64,000 nt of DNA, from assembly GCA_047967505.1 (NCBI GenBank), contig CM106538.1. The stretch is one strand, 5' to 3'. The stretch is from Dipteris shenzhenensis (taxonomy: Eukaryota). Below the pieces are notes generated by a model, which worked only from the letters and a program-made list of their open reading frames with translations, made no database searches and was not told where the DNA came from. This document shows, one piece after another, positions 50,049-62,142 of the stretch. A program made the translations under genes and the position numbers. Each line of letters starts with the position of its first letter. Within the stretch, counting starts at the first letter, position 1.

Positions 50049-51409
50049 AAGGAAAAAAAAAACCTTATAAGAGTGTTAGCTAGCAAATAATTAGATCTTA
50101 ATAATATAATAAGTGGTAGGAAGTGTATATACACTACACCTTCGACACGACCTAGAAGAGAGCACGTACGAAGTAAAACTACAAGTTACGAGTGAATGAA
50201 AACTAAGCACACATCAAAGACATACTGCGCTAATGAAACAACTCAACACAACATAGGTAGCAAGCATCAAATAATGACACAGCAGCAGCGCACTAAACAA
50301 TAAGTCTAAGACACCACAATAACAGCTTCTATACCATCGACAAAGCTTAGATGACAAGTAGTGTTTCTCTACACTGTGCGTATGTGATGACTACGTAGCC
50401 CGAGCAACATGGAGGTTTGTAGCCAATAGTAACATGAACATAATGCACCAAGAAGCCCATTAATGCCAGGAAGGATTCTAATAACTTACGGGAGATAGAC
50501 AGCTGGTTAGCACGTAACACAATAGCTAAGGAAAGACAACTAAGACCCTTGATCCACAAAACCCAAAGCTACGAGAAAGCAAGAGAACAAGTGTGCGCAT
50601 GCAACGCTGTTACGTACATGAGACAATGCCATCGAAAAGGTAAGCTAGGTCTTGGTATCGCAAAGAAGGGGAGCTAAAGACTGAGAGGTATGGGAAGGAG
50701 TGGCAAGCAACTGACAAAAGAGGCTACGACTAGAGGTAATGTAGTCGAGAAGAGAGGTGGCAACACAATTCGCAACTAAGGCAAATATAGGTAGCGTAGG
50801 TAGAAGGAATTTTAGTCAAGGTAGGGTTTTTTTAGATCGTTAGCTACCACACCTAGTAAAGGCACCGAAAGTAGGTCATCCACCATACCATGTACATAGG
50901 TAGAGCTAATTAACCTCCTATGGTCACAAATTAGGAGTAAATAGTAAAAAAGGACAAAATTACGGCCAAAATGACGAACCCCTTTATACACGTAATGGAA
51001 TAGTAGGCACAAGCATACCACAAATTTACAATAATTGTGTGAAGGCGTAGAGTCCTTGGAATAATCATCCTTATTAGAAATATAATGGAAACATTGATGT
51101 AGTTCCAAGAATTAACAAGGTTCCCAATGTATAGAATTAGGGTTCATTAATAAAAGGAACATACACCAAAAAAAAGGGTTTTATGGAAAGCAACTGCCAA
51201 TTACATCGATGTTTGAATACCATACCATCTTCTATATCAAGAGATACTGCCACCATATCCACTATGTGAGCTACATCAAACCAACATAAAATGTTAATAG
51301 AATGTGTATTACATGAGGGGTGTTAATGTGTTTATGTGTATATGACACACATGATAGGCAAGTCAATTGTGTGTAGCTTTGCATACGTTTGTGAGTGATC
51401 AAGTATATA

Positions 51410-51589
51410 TCATGTGTGTGTGTGTGTGTGTGCATATGTGTGCATGTGTATATTTGCAATGATTGTGCTTTACAAGTGTGTATATGTGTGTGGGTGTGTG
51501 GGTGTGTATGTGTGTGTAAATGTGTGCATATGTATGTGTATGTAGGCATAAGTAACATGTGTGTGCGTGTGCGTGTGCATGTGCATGTG

Positions 51590-51660
<71 letters not shown>
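51410..51660. repeat. Compound (TG)n/(AG)n microsatellite
   Basis: Directly visible. Confidence 0.95.
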
Positions 51661-51662
<2 letters not shown>

Positions 51663-51675
51663 CTCAAGATTTATG

Positions 51676-51922
51676 CTCGGGGGGGTTACTCATCATATGT
51701 AACCCTATCACGTGAGTTCAACAGAAGGGTATTTTCTATTTCTAAAATTTATAGAAATAAATATACATAAGGGACTATTTAAAATAGTTTTGGAAAATTT
51801 TTACAGATTTGTATAGAAAAGGGGTACATTTTATTAATGAAAAAATTTACAGATAAGGGATTTTAAATATAGGCCTTGCATGCACGTGATATAGAAGGTT
51901 TATACATAGTGACCCCCCCGAG
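51676..51922 (+). mobile_element. 247-bp MITE of the P-like family
   Basis: TIRs CTCGGGGGGGTTACT / AGTGACCCCCCCGAG; 8-bp TSD GATTTATG. Confidence 0.95.
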
Positions 51923-52134
51923 GATTTATGTGGAAGAAGAAACACACCTTACTGGGAGTGGATTATAACAAAGAACTTTCTTAGTTTTTTTCTCAAAAAG
52001 ATTGTTATCCTTCTATTTTTGTAAATTGAATGTATGAGAAACCTACTCTTGCGAGCATGGGGATCCATGAAATGTGACTAAAATGTAAGAAGATGTTTTG
52101 TTATTAAATCATAGAGATGAGCTACTTTGTCTTG

Positions 52135-52203
52135 GGAGAGAGAAAGAGAGAGGAAAGGAGGGAGGGAGGGAGAAAGGGAGGGAGGGAGGGAGGGAGGGAC
52201 GGG

Positions 52204-52234
<31 letters not shown>

Positions 52235-52283
52235 GGGAGGGGGGGGAGAGGGGGGGGAGGAGGAGGAGACAAAAAGAGAGGAA

Positions 52284-52322
<39 letters not shown>

Positions 52323-52368
52323 GGGAGGAGGAGACAAAAAGAGAGTAAGAGGGAGACTGAGAGAGAGA

Positions 52369-52407
<39 letters not shown>

Positions 52408-52436
52408 GGAGGGAGGGAGGGAGGGAGGGAGGGAGG

Positions 52437-52504
<68 letters not shown>
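52135..52504. repeat. Polypurine (GA)n/(GGGA)n/(G)n compound microsatellite
   Basis: Directly visible. Confidence 0.95.
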
Positions 52505-52510
<6 letters not shown>

Positions 52511-53140
52511 ATTTTTTATTTTAATAGTGTTTTTATTAAAGTATTTTTAGGGCAATTCCCCCTTTATAAAGTGCATTACTAAGTGTTATTTGAATCAGAG
52601 TCACTATTCACACTCCTATGTAACCTTACTTTCCATAGCCTTCTTTTTCATCTTCCCTAGCATCCTCCCACACTCATGGCTTCCCTTAGAGAAGACTTTG
52701 ACCAATGTATTTCACCCATGCATTTGCACACCTTAGCAGACCAGATTTACCTTATCTTTTGCAAGCAAATCCATGTCTAATCGTACTTGAAATCTTACAT
52801 TCCTATTGATAGTCCATCTCTTCAGTTTATTTATAGACTTATCCATGGGTAATCTATCATAATTGCTAACTCCCCTCACCAATGGGGCCCTTTGGATATT
52901 TTGATCTCTCTTGACCAAAGCGCTAACTTCAAGAAGACTCTAGGTAGGTCCATGGATAATGTCCATCTCTTGCTCTCTTCTTGAGTATGCTATTCCCCTT
53001 AGAGATGCTTCAACTTTCCCCCTGCATTTGATCGAGAGAGATATAGCCTTACTACTCTCCTCACAACTACCAAGTTTGATGAGGATGTTGAACAATAGCC
53101 CAAGGGTCCATAAGTGGTGGAGTGGGTCCATCCACAAGTG
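52505..53140 (-). mobile_element. Possible 3' end of a decayed LINE
   Basis: A decayed ORF-like stretch (PLHHLWTLGLL...) ends in an A-rich tail that runs into (CT)n on the minus strand. No RT motifs were seen. Confidence 0.25.
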
Positions 53141-53199
53141 GTGAGCCGCATGAGGTAAACCTAGACATAGAACCTAAGATATTGTTATAGACCTATGTG

Positions 53200-53403
53200 A
53201 TGCAGGAAATCGGTCTTTGACAGGATGAGGTACTATGCTAGCTTGAAAATGACACCAGCAAGGATATCATTGACTTTGGTTCTTCCATCGATCCAACAAT
53301 CAATGAGATCGCATGGTTGAATGAGTCAAGCCTCAGAAATTTAGAGGCAATCTATCTCATGCAAAAGGCAATCGAGGATGATGAGCTAGAGTACCATGAT
53401 AGC

Positions 53404-53463
<60 letters not shown>

Positions 53464-53616
53464 TGCACACGATATAGCTACATGTACACTAAGTTTATTG
53501 AACATGAGCATGAAGATATACATGTAAACCACTTAGGGTTATGGTTAGGGTTAGGGTTTTCCCCTAATGCCCTATAGGTTTGGTGGAATTTACACCATCC
53601 TCAACACCCCCTCTTA
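53200..53616 (-). mobile_element. PPT and start of an LTR of a non-coding LTR element; contains (AG)n at 53406-53460
   Basis: The minus strand reads TTAAGAGGGGG-TGTTGAGG, with the LTR starting at 53606. The distal LTR end is uncertain. Confidence 0.5.
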
Positions 53617-54889
53617 AATTGCACTGGATAAGTAGAGGGTGCATGTACAAGACCCTTTTGTGGATTGTGTTTGGTGCATATGATAGCATCCAAAATAAAA
53701 AAGAAAACTGAAAGAAATCAGAGTAGTATGTGCATGTGTGAGCACAGTGATGACTATGTAGCAGAAGCATATACAATGTTTACACCTTATGATCTTGTAC
53801 GTAACATGGATTTCCCCCTCTTAAGTTGTGGGTCATTCTTTGCCTTTCAGAATAAAACCCAGAAGATAGGTCGAAGGGACAAGGAAGGAAAACCAAAAAG
53901 TAAGATGCCCACTGGGATCAAAGACTGGTCAATCAAAAGATGACTGAGTGGAGAACTATGTGTATGGCTACATGTTGAACAAGTCAAATTTGAACATGTC
54001 ATAAGTCACTGCTATGGATGATGTAGCACTCTGAAGAAGAGGCATCTAGATGTGAGGCTAGTCGATGTAGTGAGTATCATCAACTATGTGATGAGAATAA
54101 CTCCATGCTGGAGGCAGTCTAGTGCTATGTCCAAGAGGCTTACCCATGTATTAGCGAGAGTGTCTACCTATGAGAACACTGTGTGAGAGATGCCACTATG
54201 GGGCTTGCGCTAAATGGTCAAAATCAAGTCATGTGAGAACTATGTATGCCAATAATCAAACCTGTAAAATGAAGATGACAATTGAGTGTCAGGTGTAGCC
54301 AAGAGGTTGTACAAGGCTAATATGTATGTGTAGGAACCAATGCCAAAAATAGTGAACAATGTGTGACTTTACATGGGTGGCATTTGTGTGCAAGATGTGT
54401 GCAACAATCCTAAATGCGAGAAGGAGAACTATGCCAAGTGACACACTGAGTGATGAACTACCGAATGCCAAGAGACTGAACTGGTGTCAAACATGTGAGT
54501 GTGTATATCGATGGTAGATCCAATGGGATTGACGCCGGTGGGAACTAATCAGGTAATGTGGCAATGGCTTACTTGGTTTGGTGGAGTTGGATCTCTGAGC
54601 TATGGCAATGCTAGTCTACAGCTAGACTACATGTTGAAGCATCAAATGCAACAAAATGAGTTTTAGTTTATTCATTTTATATGCTGGATGTGCTGCAAAG
54701 GACCACAAGGTGGTTTCATGAAGAGGATTTGATGATACTAGCCTGTGGAAAAGTCAAATGGAAGATCAAAGGACTCAGCACGTAGAGCACAATATCTGGC
54801 GAGCATTTTTTATTTTTGAATCACTGCAAAATTTTTCCTGGATCAAAAGTTATGGCTCCCAGAAGGATGGCTAAATTTTGATCCCATGA

Positions 54890-55136
54890 CTCGGGGGGGT
54901 CACTCATCATATGTAACCCTATCACGTGAGTTCAACAAAAGGATATTTTTTATTTCTAAAATTTACAGAAATAAATATACATAAGGGACTATTTAAAATA
55001 GTTTTGGAAAAAATTTACAGATTTGTATAGAAAAGGGGTACATTTTATTAATGAAAAAATTTACAAATAAGGGATTTTAAATATAGGCCTTGAACGCACG
55101 TGATATAGAGGGTTTATACATAGCAACCCCCTTGAG
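54890..55136 (+). mobile_element. 247-bp MITE of the P-like family
   Basis: Left TIR CTCGGGGGGGTCACT, decayed right TIR AGCAACCCCCTTGAG; 8-bp TSD TCCCATGA. Confidence 0.93.
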
Positions 55137-55144
55137 TCCCATGA

Positions 55145-56600
55145 GGGTGATCAACTACACTGCAGATAACACACCATATCCAATTCAAGGGAAAGGCATT
55201 GCCCCTATGAAAAAATTTACTGGTATGAAATAATTGGTGGAAAGATGTACTCTATGTTCCAAATCTCAGCAAGAACCTCTTGTTAATTGGGCAAATGATA
55301 GAACACAACTATCAAGTCATCTTTGACAAGGATGAATGCACAATCACAGACAAATCTAGAGGATATCGGCTAGTAGGAAAAACAGTCAAGGAAGGACGCT
55401 TGTTCAAAATGCTAGCTTCAGTACCAAATTTTCATGCCATGTCATCTCAACAGCAACAACTGATGCCACTTAACGCAATATGGCATAAGAGATATAATGG
55501 ACATGTCAATTTCAAAATGTTGATGCAACTAAGAAACTAGAATATTGCAATTGGAATCCCTAAGCTATGTGTAGTTTCTTGGAAAAGTTTCCAAAGCATG
55601 TTTCTTTGGTAAACAAAAGAGAACCAATTTTGGCAGAAGCACCTCTCAAGCAAGAGGTATTCTTGATTTGATACATACATATGTATGGGGTTATGCATAG
55701 ACCCGCAACATTAATGGTTCACTATACTACCTGACTTTCATCTCGATGACTATAGCAGATATTGTTGGGTCTACTTTCTAAAAAATAAATCTAAAGTTTT
55801 TTCTAGATTTCAAGAATTCAAAGCCATGGTTGAGAACCAAACAGGTAGAAAGATCAAAGTCATGAGATCAGACATAAGAGGTGAATACATGTCTTTAGCA
55901 TTCATGAACTTTTGCAAAAGTAATGGCATTCAAAGATAATTCACATGTATAGATACTCCTCAGCAAACTACAATAGCTGAAAGGAAGAACGATACTTTAG
56001 CAAACAATGCTAGAGAAATTCTTAGTGAGAAGCATCTTTCAAATCAATATTGGACCGAAGCAATTGCCACTGCAAAATACTTGCTTAATCGTCTTCTGGC
56101 TAAATCGATTCAAGGTATGACACCTTATGAGACATCAGTGGACATAAGCCATGCATTGGGCATCTCTGCATATTTGGTTGCTTAGCATATGCCCACATAC
56201 ATGACGATCATCGCAAAAAATTAGATGTTAAGTCACATAAATGCATCATGGTTGGCTACAATGAAGAGAGCGAAGCATACAAGTGTATGATCCCATCAAC
56301 CACAAGGTCATAATCTTAAGATGTTACTTTTTATGCGGAAACAAAATGGAAAACATCAAATACAAAAAAGATACACACATATTACTCAGTCACCTACAGA
56401 AAAGGTTGATGAAGAAGAGCAAGAATTGCTAGAGACACCCCAAGAAGAGTAGCAATGTAGACAGTCTACTAGGGAAAGCATACCACCATCAAGATTGACA
56501 TATTCTCAGAAAGGCAAGCAATTCAAATTGAAACCACCAATTATGATCTTATGACTACCATCATGGCTACAAAAGAGCTAGTATACTTCAAAGACATAGT
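55145..56600 (+). pseudogene. pol: Ty1/Copia pol fragment (end of protease, GAG-pre-integrase, integrase core)
   Basis: DVLYVPNLSKNLLLIGQM, IWHKRY.GHVNF, LDLIHT, DDYSRYCWVYFLKNKS, MVENQTGRKIKVMRSD, TPQQ..IAERKN; many lesions. Confidence 0.9.
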
Positions 56601-56602
56601 TG

Positions 56603-59050
56603 CACAACAAGACAAAGCACCCATAGACGCGCACACAGACGCGTTTATTGAACTAAATAAAAAATTTATGGGTGCGTCTATATGCGCATCTATTTTCGTG
56701 TCTGGAGACCCACGTCTAATAGCGCATATATATAGGACACACACGCGCGTATAAATGCACATTTAGACACTTAAATAGACGCTCTTATAAATGCCTTTAT
56801 AGACACAAAAATAGATGCTTGTCGAACAGACAGACGCGTATATAGACGTGTTTATAGACGCACTGATAGATGCGCTTTATAATATATTTTTTTAAATTTA
56901 CAGAATGTTGTGTATGTTGTGTATGCTATATAGTTACAAGAATCCCATTTTCACATTGTGTAATTCAATTCTTACAGCCAACCACATTTTAATTACAATT
57001 CCAAATAAAACATTACAACTCCAAATTGAAAGCTCAAAAAGTGCTTGTATGTACATATAGCACGAAGCTAAGCCACGTCATGTGGCTTCAAGTATAAAAA
57101 ATAAGGAAACTAAGCCACGTCATGTGGCTTCAAGTACAAAAAATAAGAGGAGTGTATATACAAGAGGCATGAAGCCAAGCCAGTGAAGCCAAGCCAGTGG
57201 CTTTAAGTACAAAAAAGAGTAGCTAGCACTACTTCTATGACTAATCCTCGCTGCCTTCCATGCTCCCTTCTGCGCTCTCCCTTCTGTGCTCCCTTCTATG
57301 CCTCCTTCCTCGTCTTCCTCGTCATCTTGTGCATGGGCCTATAAACAAGGGACAACATATATCAATGTATGAAAAATCAAATATTTACTTATAATATTGG
57401 CATTATTTAATTACTTTCAAATATTACCTCGGGGGCTGCTCCAGTAGCCCGGATATACTGCTCCTCAGTAATCAACCCGTCATCATAGAAGTGCCTCCAT
57501 GTATCTCCTTTGTGATGGTGGCGGTGGTAGGCTGTCTCCACAGGAGTAGGGTATCTGCCCATGATCTCAAGCTGCAAGATGACACAATTTGCGGAGGGAT
57601 TAGTACAAAGAAACAACCTCCTAATAAACTACATAAGCAATATAATTTGAGATCGATACTTACAAATTGGGCCTCCCATGATTCAACACCCCCTGCTCCA
57701 AAATGCGCGCTTCCATATTCCTCCATCTGGATCCTTCATGCCTCCACATGCTGTAGACTGGGGTCCTTCCTCGCTGACTTCATTGCTTTCTTCCACTCAC
57801 GCTTGTGAGTGGTGTGGGGCGGGCCCCTTGGTGGTTGACCTCCCTCGAGCCTGGCAAGCTTCGCTAGTGCCTGCCTCTCTTAAGCGAAGATCTTTTATTA
57901 CCAAGTATCGTAACAATCTTTGACTTGGCCCATTTATCTGTGAACTGGCGATTGGGGGGGTTAGGATACCTAGAGCGAATAGCAGTGAGGGTCTCATCAA
58001 CCAACCTCTTTGGCTGGTCTTTGAAGTGGATAAAGCAATCTCTATAATTGTTAGCAATTATAGAGCGCATGAAGGCCATGATGCCCTTCCCCTGCACATC
58101 CATCAAGATGCCTCCTGTCTGAGTGATGTCATAGAATATCGTACCATCACTCGGAGGCACGTCTAAATCATCTAAATCATCATCGTCCCCACCGCCACCC
58201 CTCCCAAAGCACTGTGCATGCATCCCCCACCGCTCTCCCTACTACTACGCCTACTACCGTGTCGTGTCGAGCTCGTACACTGGCCACTCATAGCTGGAGA
58301 TTGCACGGGACTATGTTGACCACTCGTAGCTGGAGAACCGAGTCTCGATTGCACAGGAGTACGTCGACGGCTCTACGAGACAGAAGGACCTCCTGACGGC
58401 ATGGGGGAAGGGGCATAAGACGGCATGGCAGAAGGGGCATAAGACGGCATGGGGGAAGGGGCATAAGATGGCATGGGAGATGGGCCTCAGTTGTGTAGCT
58501 GGCTGGGGGCTGTGCTGACTCTATTGGGGTGATCTCAGCTAGTGCGGGGTGGTTGGGAGTCTGTAGTGCTGACTCCTGGGGGGTGTTTAGAGTACTCGTC
58601 ATATACCCTTATAACTCCAGGACTAGGAGGGTGCCCTAAAAGGTTATAAAAACGTGTGGTTTTTATTGACGGTGCAGTTTCTTCAATGCATCTCTTTTTA
58701 CAAAGCAACAATCTTAAACTGGTAAGTCCCTCCAATTAGAATCCCAGGGATCAGGTGAGCTGGAAGCGCTTCCTAGCCACATGTTGAACTGGAAAAAAGA
58801 AAAAAAATCTATTACTGATGAGCTGAGAAGAAAGGGGAAGGGAAGAGAGGATTACTGTCAGAGCACGTCTGTAGACGCGTCTGATTAACGCGTCTATTTT
58901 CGCGTATAATAGTGCGTCTATAGACACGGCTATTTGTGTCTACAAACAGGCTAGACGCGCATTTAGACATGCTTGTAGATGCAGTTTTAGATGTGCTCTG
59001 AGATGCACCTATAGATGCGCTCCGACAGACGGACTTTTCTAAAAAGTAGA
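56603..59050 (-). mobile_element. Non-autonomous CACTA/EnSpm-like element with a decayed TnpA-like ORF
   Basis: The left end CACAACAAGACAA resembles CACTACAAGAAAA. Dense subterminal (A)TAGACGC / GCGTCTA repeats lie at 56620-56880 and 58860-59035. ORF pieces 58288-58602 (24-bp repeats), 57864-58223 and 57472-57726. The right TIR is not intact. Confidence 0.55.
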
Positions 59051-59057
59051 AAAGGAC

Positions 59058-61917
59058 CCCAGGGGATTCACTCTTCATTAAAGGGGGACGTCACCTGCGT
59101 GCATGAACTTCAAGAAAACCCCCTATTTAAGATCCATGTAGGATTATAAAACACCCCTATTTAAGCTTATAAGGTACAAGAAAAAGTCTAGTGTGCTCCC
59201 CCCCTTTCCTTAAACCTACGTCAAGACGGCTATCCTATTTTGTCAAACAACAAGACTATAAGACGGCTATCATATTTTGTCAAACATCCATCTGTCATCC
59301 GCACACCCTCCGCACACTTGTTACCATACATGGTTAGCATGGTGATTCTTGATTCAAGCCTAATAATGATGATAACAGCATTTGTTAAAGTTACATCTAT
59401 CAAAATAGATGTTCTTGATTCATGCATAATAGTGATGATAAGAGCACTCATGTGTTGGCATTACATCCATTACATGCTAATCACCTACATCGACATGCTA
59501 ACCAAGGCAACATTATACCATTTTGCATACGTATTGATTGTACATCTACAAAGAGTATACATATCCACCAATGTATTTCCATACGTAAAGCTCTTGAAAT
59601 ACTATCAAGATGTCTTTTCAAGTAAGCCTAGCCTCCTTCCTTGCCCAATACATATTCTCCAAGTATGTTGGAGGAACAGATACGAGGTATGATGATCCTT
59701 TTAATGGACAAGGCTATAAGTGGCATAGCCTGGGCATCCCTTAATCCCATCTCCTCTAATCCTCAATGGGAGCAACAGGTGTAGCTGGCCTTATCAAAGC
59801 TAGCTGCATATCATATGCATTACCTCCTTACAAAGGTGTAGCAGAAGCAATAACTAGATCTACAAGACAAGCCTCATCACCTCTACCATAGCCCCATATA
59901 CTCTTACCAACTAACACATTATTCACCATAGGACTCCACATGGAATACTTGGTTCCATCCAATTTATCCTCCCAGGCCAAAACTTCAAACACGTCTCCCA
60001 AATTTAGATTCAGATTTTGATTCTGAACCATCTTAGATGTATGCATAAACTACCCACTGATTCACATGCTGTGAATGGTATTGCACCAACAAAATCACAT
60101 TAACCCACTAGCCAATGCTTGGCTAAACAATGCACAAACCTCACTGAACTTCCAATGCAGACCTATACTTGCAAAACATGAACTAATTTGAATGTTGTAT
60201 TGCCAAATACAGAGGTAAATAGCTCCAAATCCTTTCCCATAATTGGCAACAGTCTCTAAACCTACTCAGAATAGTGTAGACAGCAACTACATTCACTGTT
60301 ATTGGGGCGGACAAGCTAGAAAGCTGTAGTAGACCCAATATATAGCGTATAAGAATGATTACACACTAACATAAACAAGTTTCTTCTCCCTTAAAAAACA
60401 AACACTAGAATGAGAAGCTAAAAAGCATCTTGGATGTTTAATAGTAGCAAATATGAAGTTACACAAGAGTAACACCTGAACAATCCATGAATCTAAACCA
60501 AAATTTGATAGAGTAGAAAACATAAAATGCATCTTGAATGTTTACTAGAAAAACTAAAAATTAAACAAGAGTAACACCCGAACAATCCATGTCTACAATC
60601 CATGTCTATAATCCATAAGTTTAGCATTGACACATCTATGGGCATCTTCTCATAAATGCTGCATCATGCCACATAGCTCGCCAACAAATTTATCCTGCAA
60701 AACAAACATAAGCTCCCTATCAAGTTACATGTTGCAAACCTAGGATCCCTATGTGATAAGAAGGATTGAAAGCACATTAACAAAAACATATGTTACCTTC
60801 ATCTACATCAGAGATTGGAGCAGTAGGGCTGCAAATGGACTAGGAAGGAGGGAAGGGAAGGGACGACTTCAAAATGGATAAACTTTACAAAAATTTAAAA
60901 AATAGAAAATGTACCTTTTCTGCCTTGCACATATTCATTGAAAAGTTTGTAGCCATTCTCATCAAGATGGTATTTCTTTGTTTGTCGATCATAGTTGAGA
61001 TTGGCCAAGGCTATTATAGATTCCAAATCCACACATTGGTTGTCAACAAGGTCATTGGCCAAGGCTATTATAGATTCCAAATCCACACATTGGTTGTCAA
61101 CAAGGTCATATGTGTAGGTCCTAGTTCCCTTTGCTTGTTGATACCATGACAAATGAATTTGAACATTCAAAGGCCTATCCAATAGATCAAAGGGTCCTCT
61201 TGTCTCTTTTAGACAATTTCCAACCTTTCTCCTCATGCTTACCACCCTTCCAAGGTACCACATGCCGTCTTACTAGTATTCCCAGCTTTTCCTTTTCCTC
61301 TTGTCTTTTTGTTTGCATTTATTGATGTGCTTTCAAACAATACTGCACAATCAGATCCAATCAGATCCTATACCAAGACATGTTCCTGTATGAATCATTG
61401 CCTTCTTCTCCAACAAAAAATACACTCCACTTTTTACCCTTGTTAATCTATCTTTAGATAGTGTGGGATTTCCATTCAATTGGCTGACAAGTGTGCTTTT
61501 AGAAATGGCTTTCCCATCCACTTCAACAAATGACGATATTTCACTAGCCACCTTCTCCTCCTCATCAATTAGACAATCAATCACATGATGAAGCTCACTT
61601 TCACTAGTAATTTCCTCATCCAGATCACCTCGAACACCACTATCAAAGTGATTATCTTCATCTATAAGTAGAACATCATCCAATGATTCATCTTCATCCA
61701 CATATTCAAGATTAGGGTTGAAGAGTTCTAAGAGATCTCCCTCCTCCCATGAGTCATTCCAAAAAGTTTCATCACGCATACCAAGTGTCTCACTTATGGC
61801 CTTTGCTTCTAATAATCCCTCTTTCAATGCAAATACCATATGGTTGTCACTACTCACACAAGCATAGTCTCCCAGGTTGGCCAAAGGAGTGTTGGGGTAA
61901 AGGCACTGGCCACCCTA
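59058..61917 (-). mobile_element. 3' part of a diverged second subfamily of the P-like transposon
   Basis: ORFs 61351-61884 and 60895-61263 align with the transposase C-terminus (ANLGDY.CVS.D, KSTLVSQLNGNPTLSKDRLTRV, GIGSD, WYLGRV..MRRKVG, ES.IALANL.Y), with a 54-bp in-frame duplication at 61001-61108. Candidate TIR CCCAGGGGATTCACT at 59058 (11/15 match) has CACCTG at +34, the same offset as CACGTG in the 32637 end. Confidence 0.75.
59640..60031 (-). pseudogene. gag: Copia gag N-terminal fragment
   Basis: EDKLDGTKYSMWSPMVNNVLVGKSIWGYGRG...RDAQAMPLIALSIK. Confidence 0.7.
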
Positions 61918-62128
61918 TGTAACAATTTTTAGTCTAGTACTGCTAAGTACACTAAGTATGCATTGTACTTAGTGCCTAGTGGTCCTAGCCTTATCCAAAG
62001 ATATATATATACTACTGTGTGTACTTGGGGAGGTACCACTCATTGTTTATCCCCACCTATTGGTGTCTACTGTGGGTGTGTCTCCCCTCCTCACTCCCAA
62101 ACTCCTACTCTCTCCCTCTTCTATGTCA
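61918..62128 (+). mobile_element. 5' LTR of a Copia element inserted into the P-like paralogue
   Basis: TGTAAC...TGTCA with a TATA box at ~62003, followed after 2 nt by a PBS. Confidence 0.8.
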
Positions 62129-62130
62129 AC

Positions 62131-62142
62131 TGGTATCAGAGC
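62131..62142 (+). promoter_or_regulatory. Primer-binding site complementary to the initiator tRNA-Met 3' end
   Basis: TGGTATCAGAGC. Confidence 0.9.

Noticed and set aside
51271-52582. ORFs rich in CV, HT, RE, SL and G/P; also 8644-8936 and 53317-53577
   Set aside because: They are translations of microsatellites.
53530-53560. Telomere-like TTAGGG repeats; also ~8460-8500
   Set aside because: Only a few imperfect copies within LTR-like sequence (telo-box-like), not an array.
59500-59640. PPR-like peptide remnants on the minus strand (GLLEK, GNTLVDMY)
   Set aside because: Too short and too disrupted to support a call.
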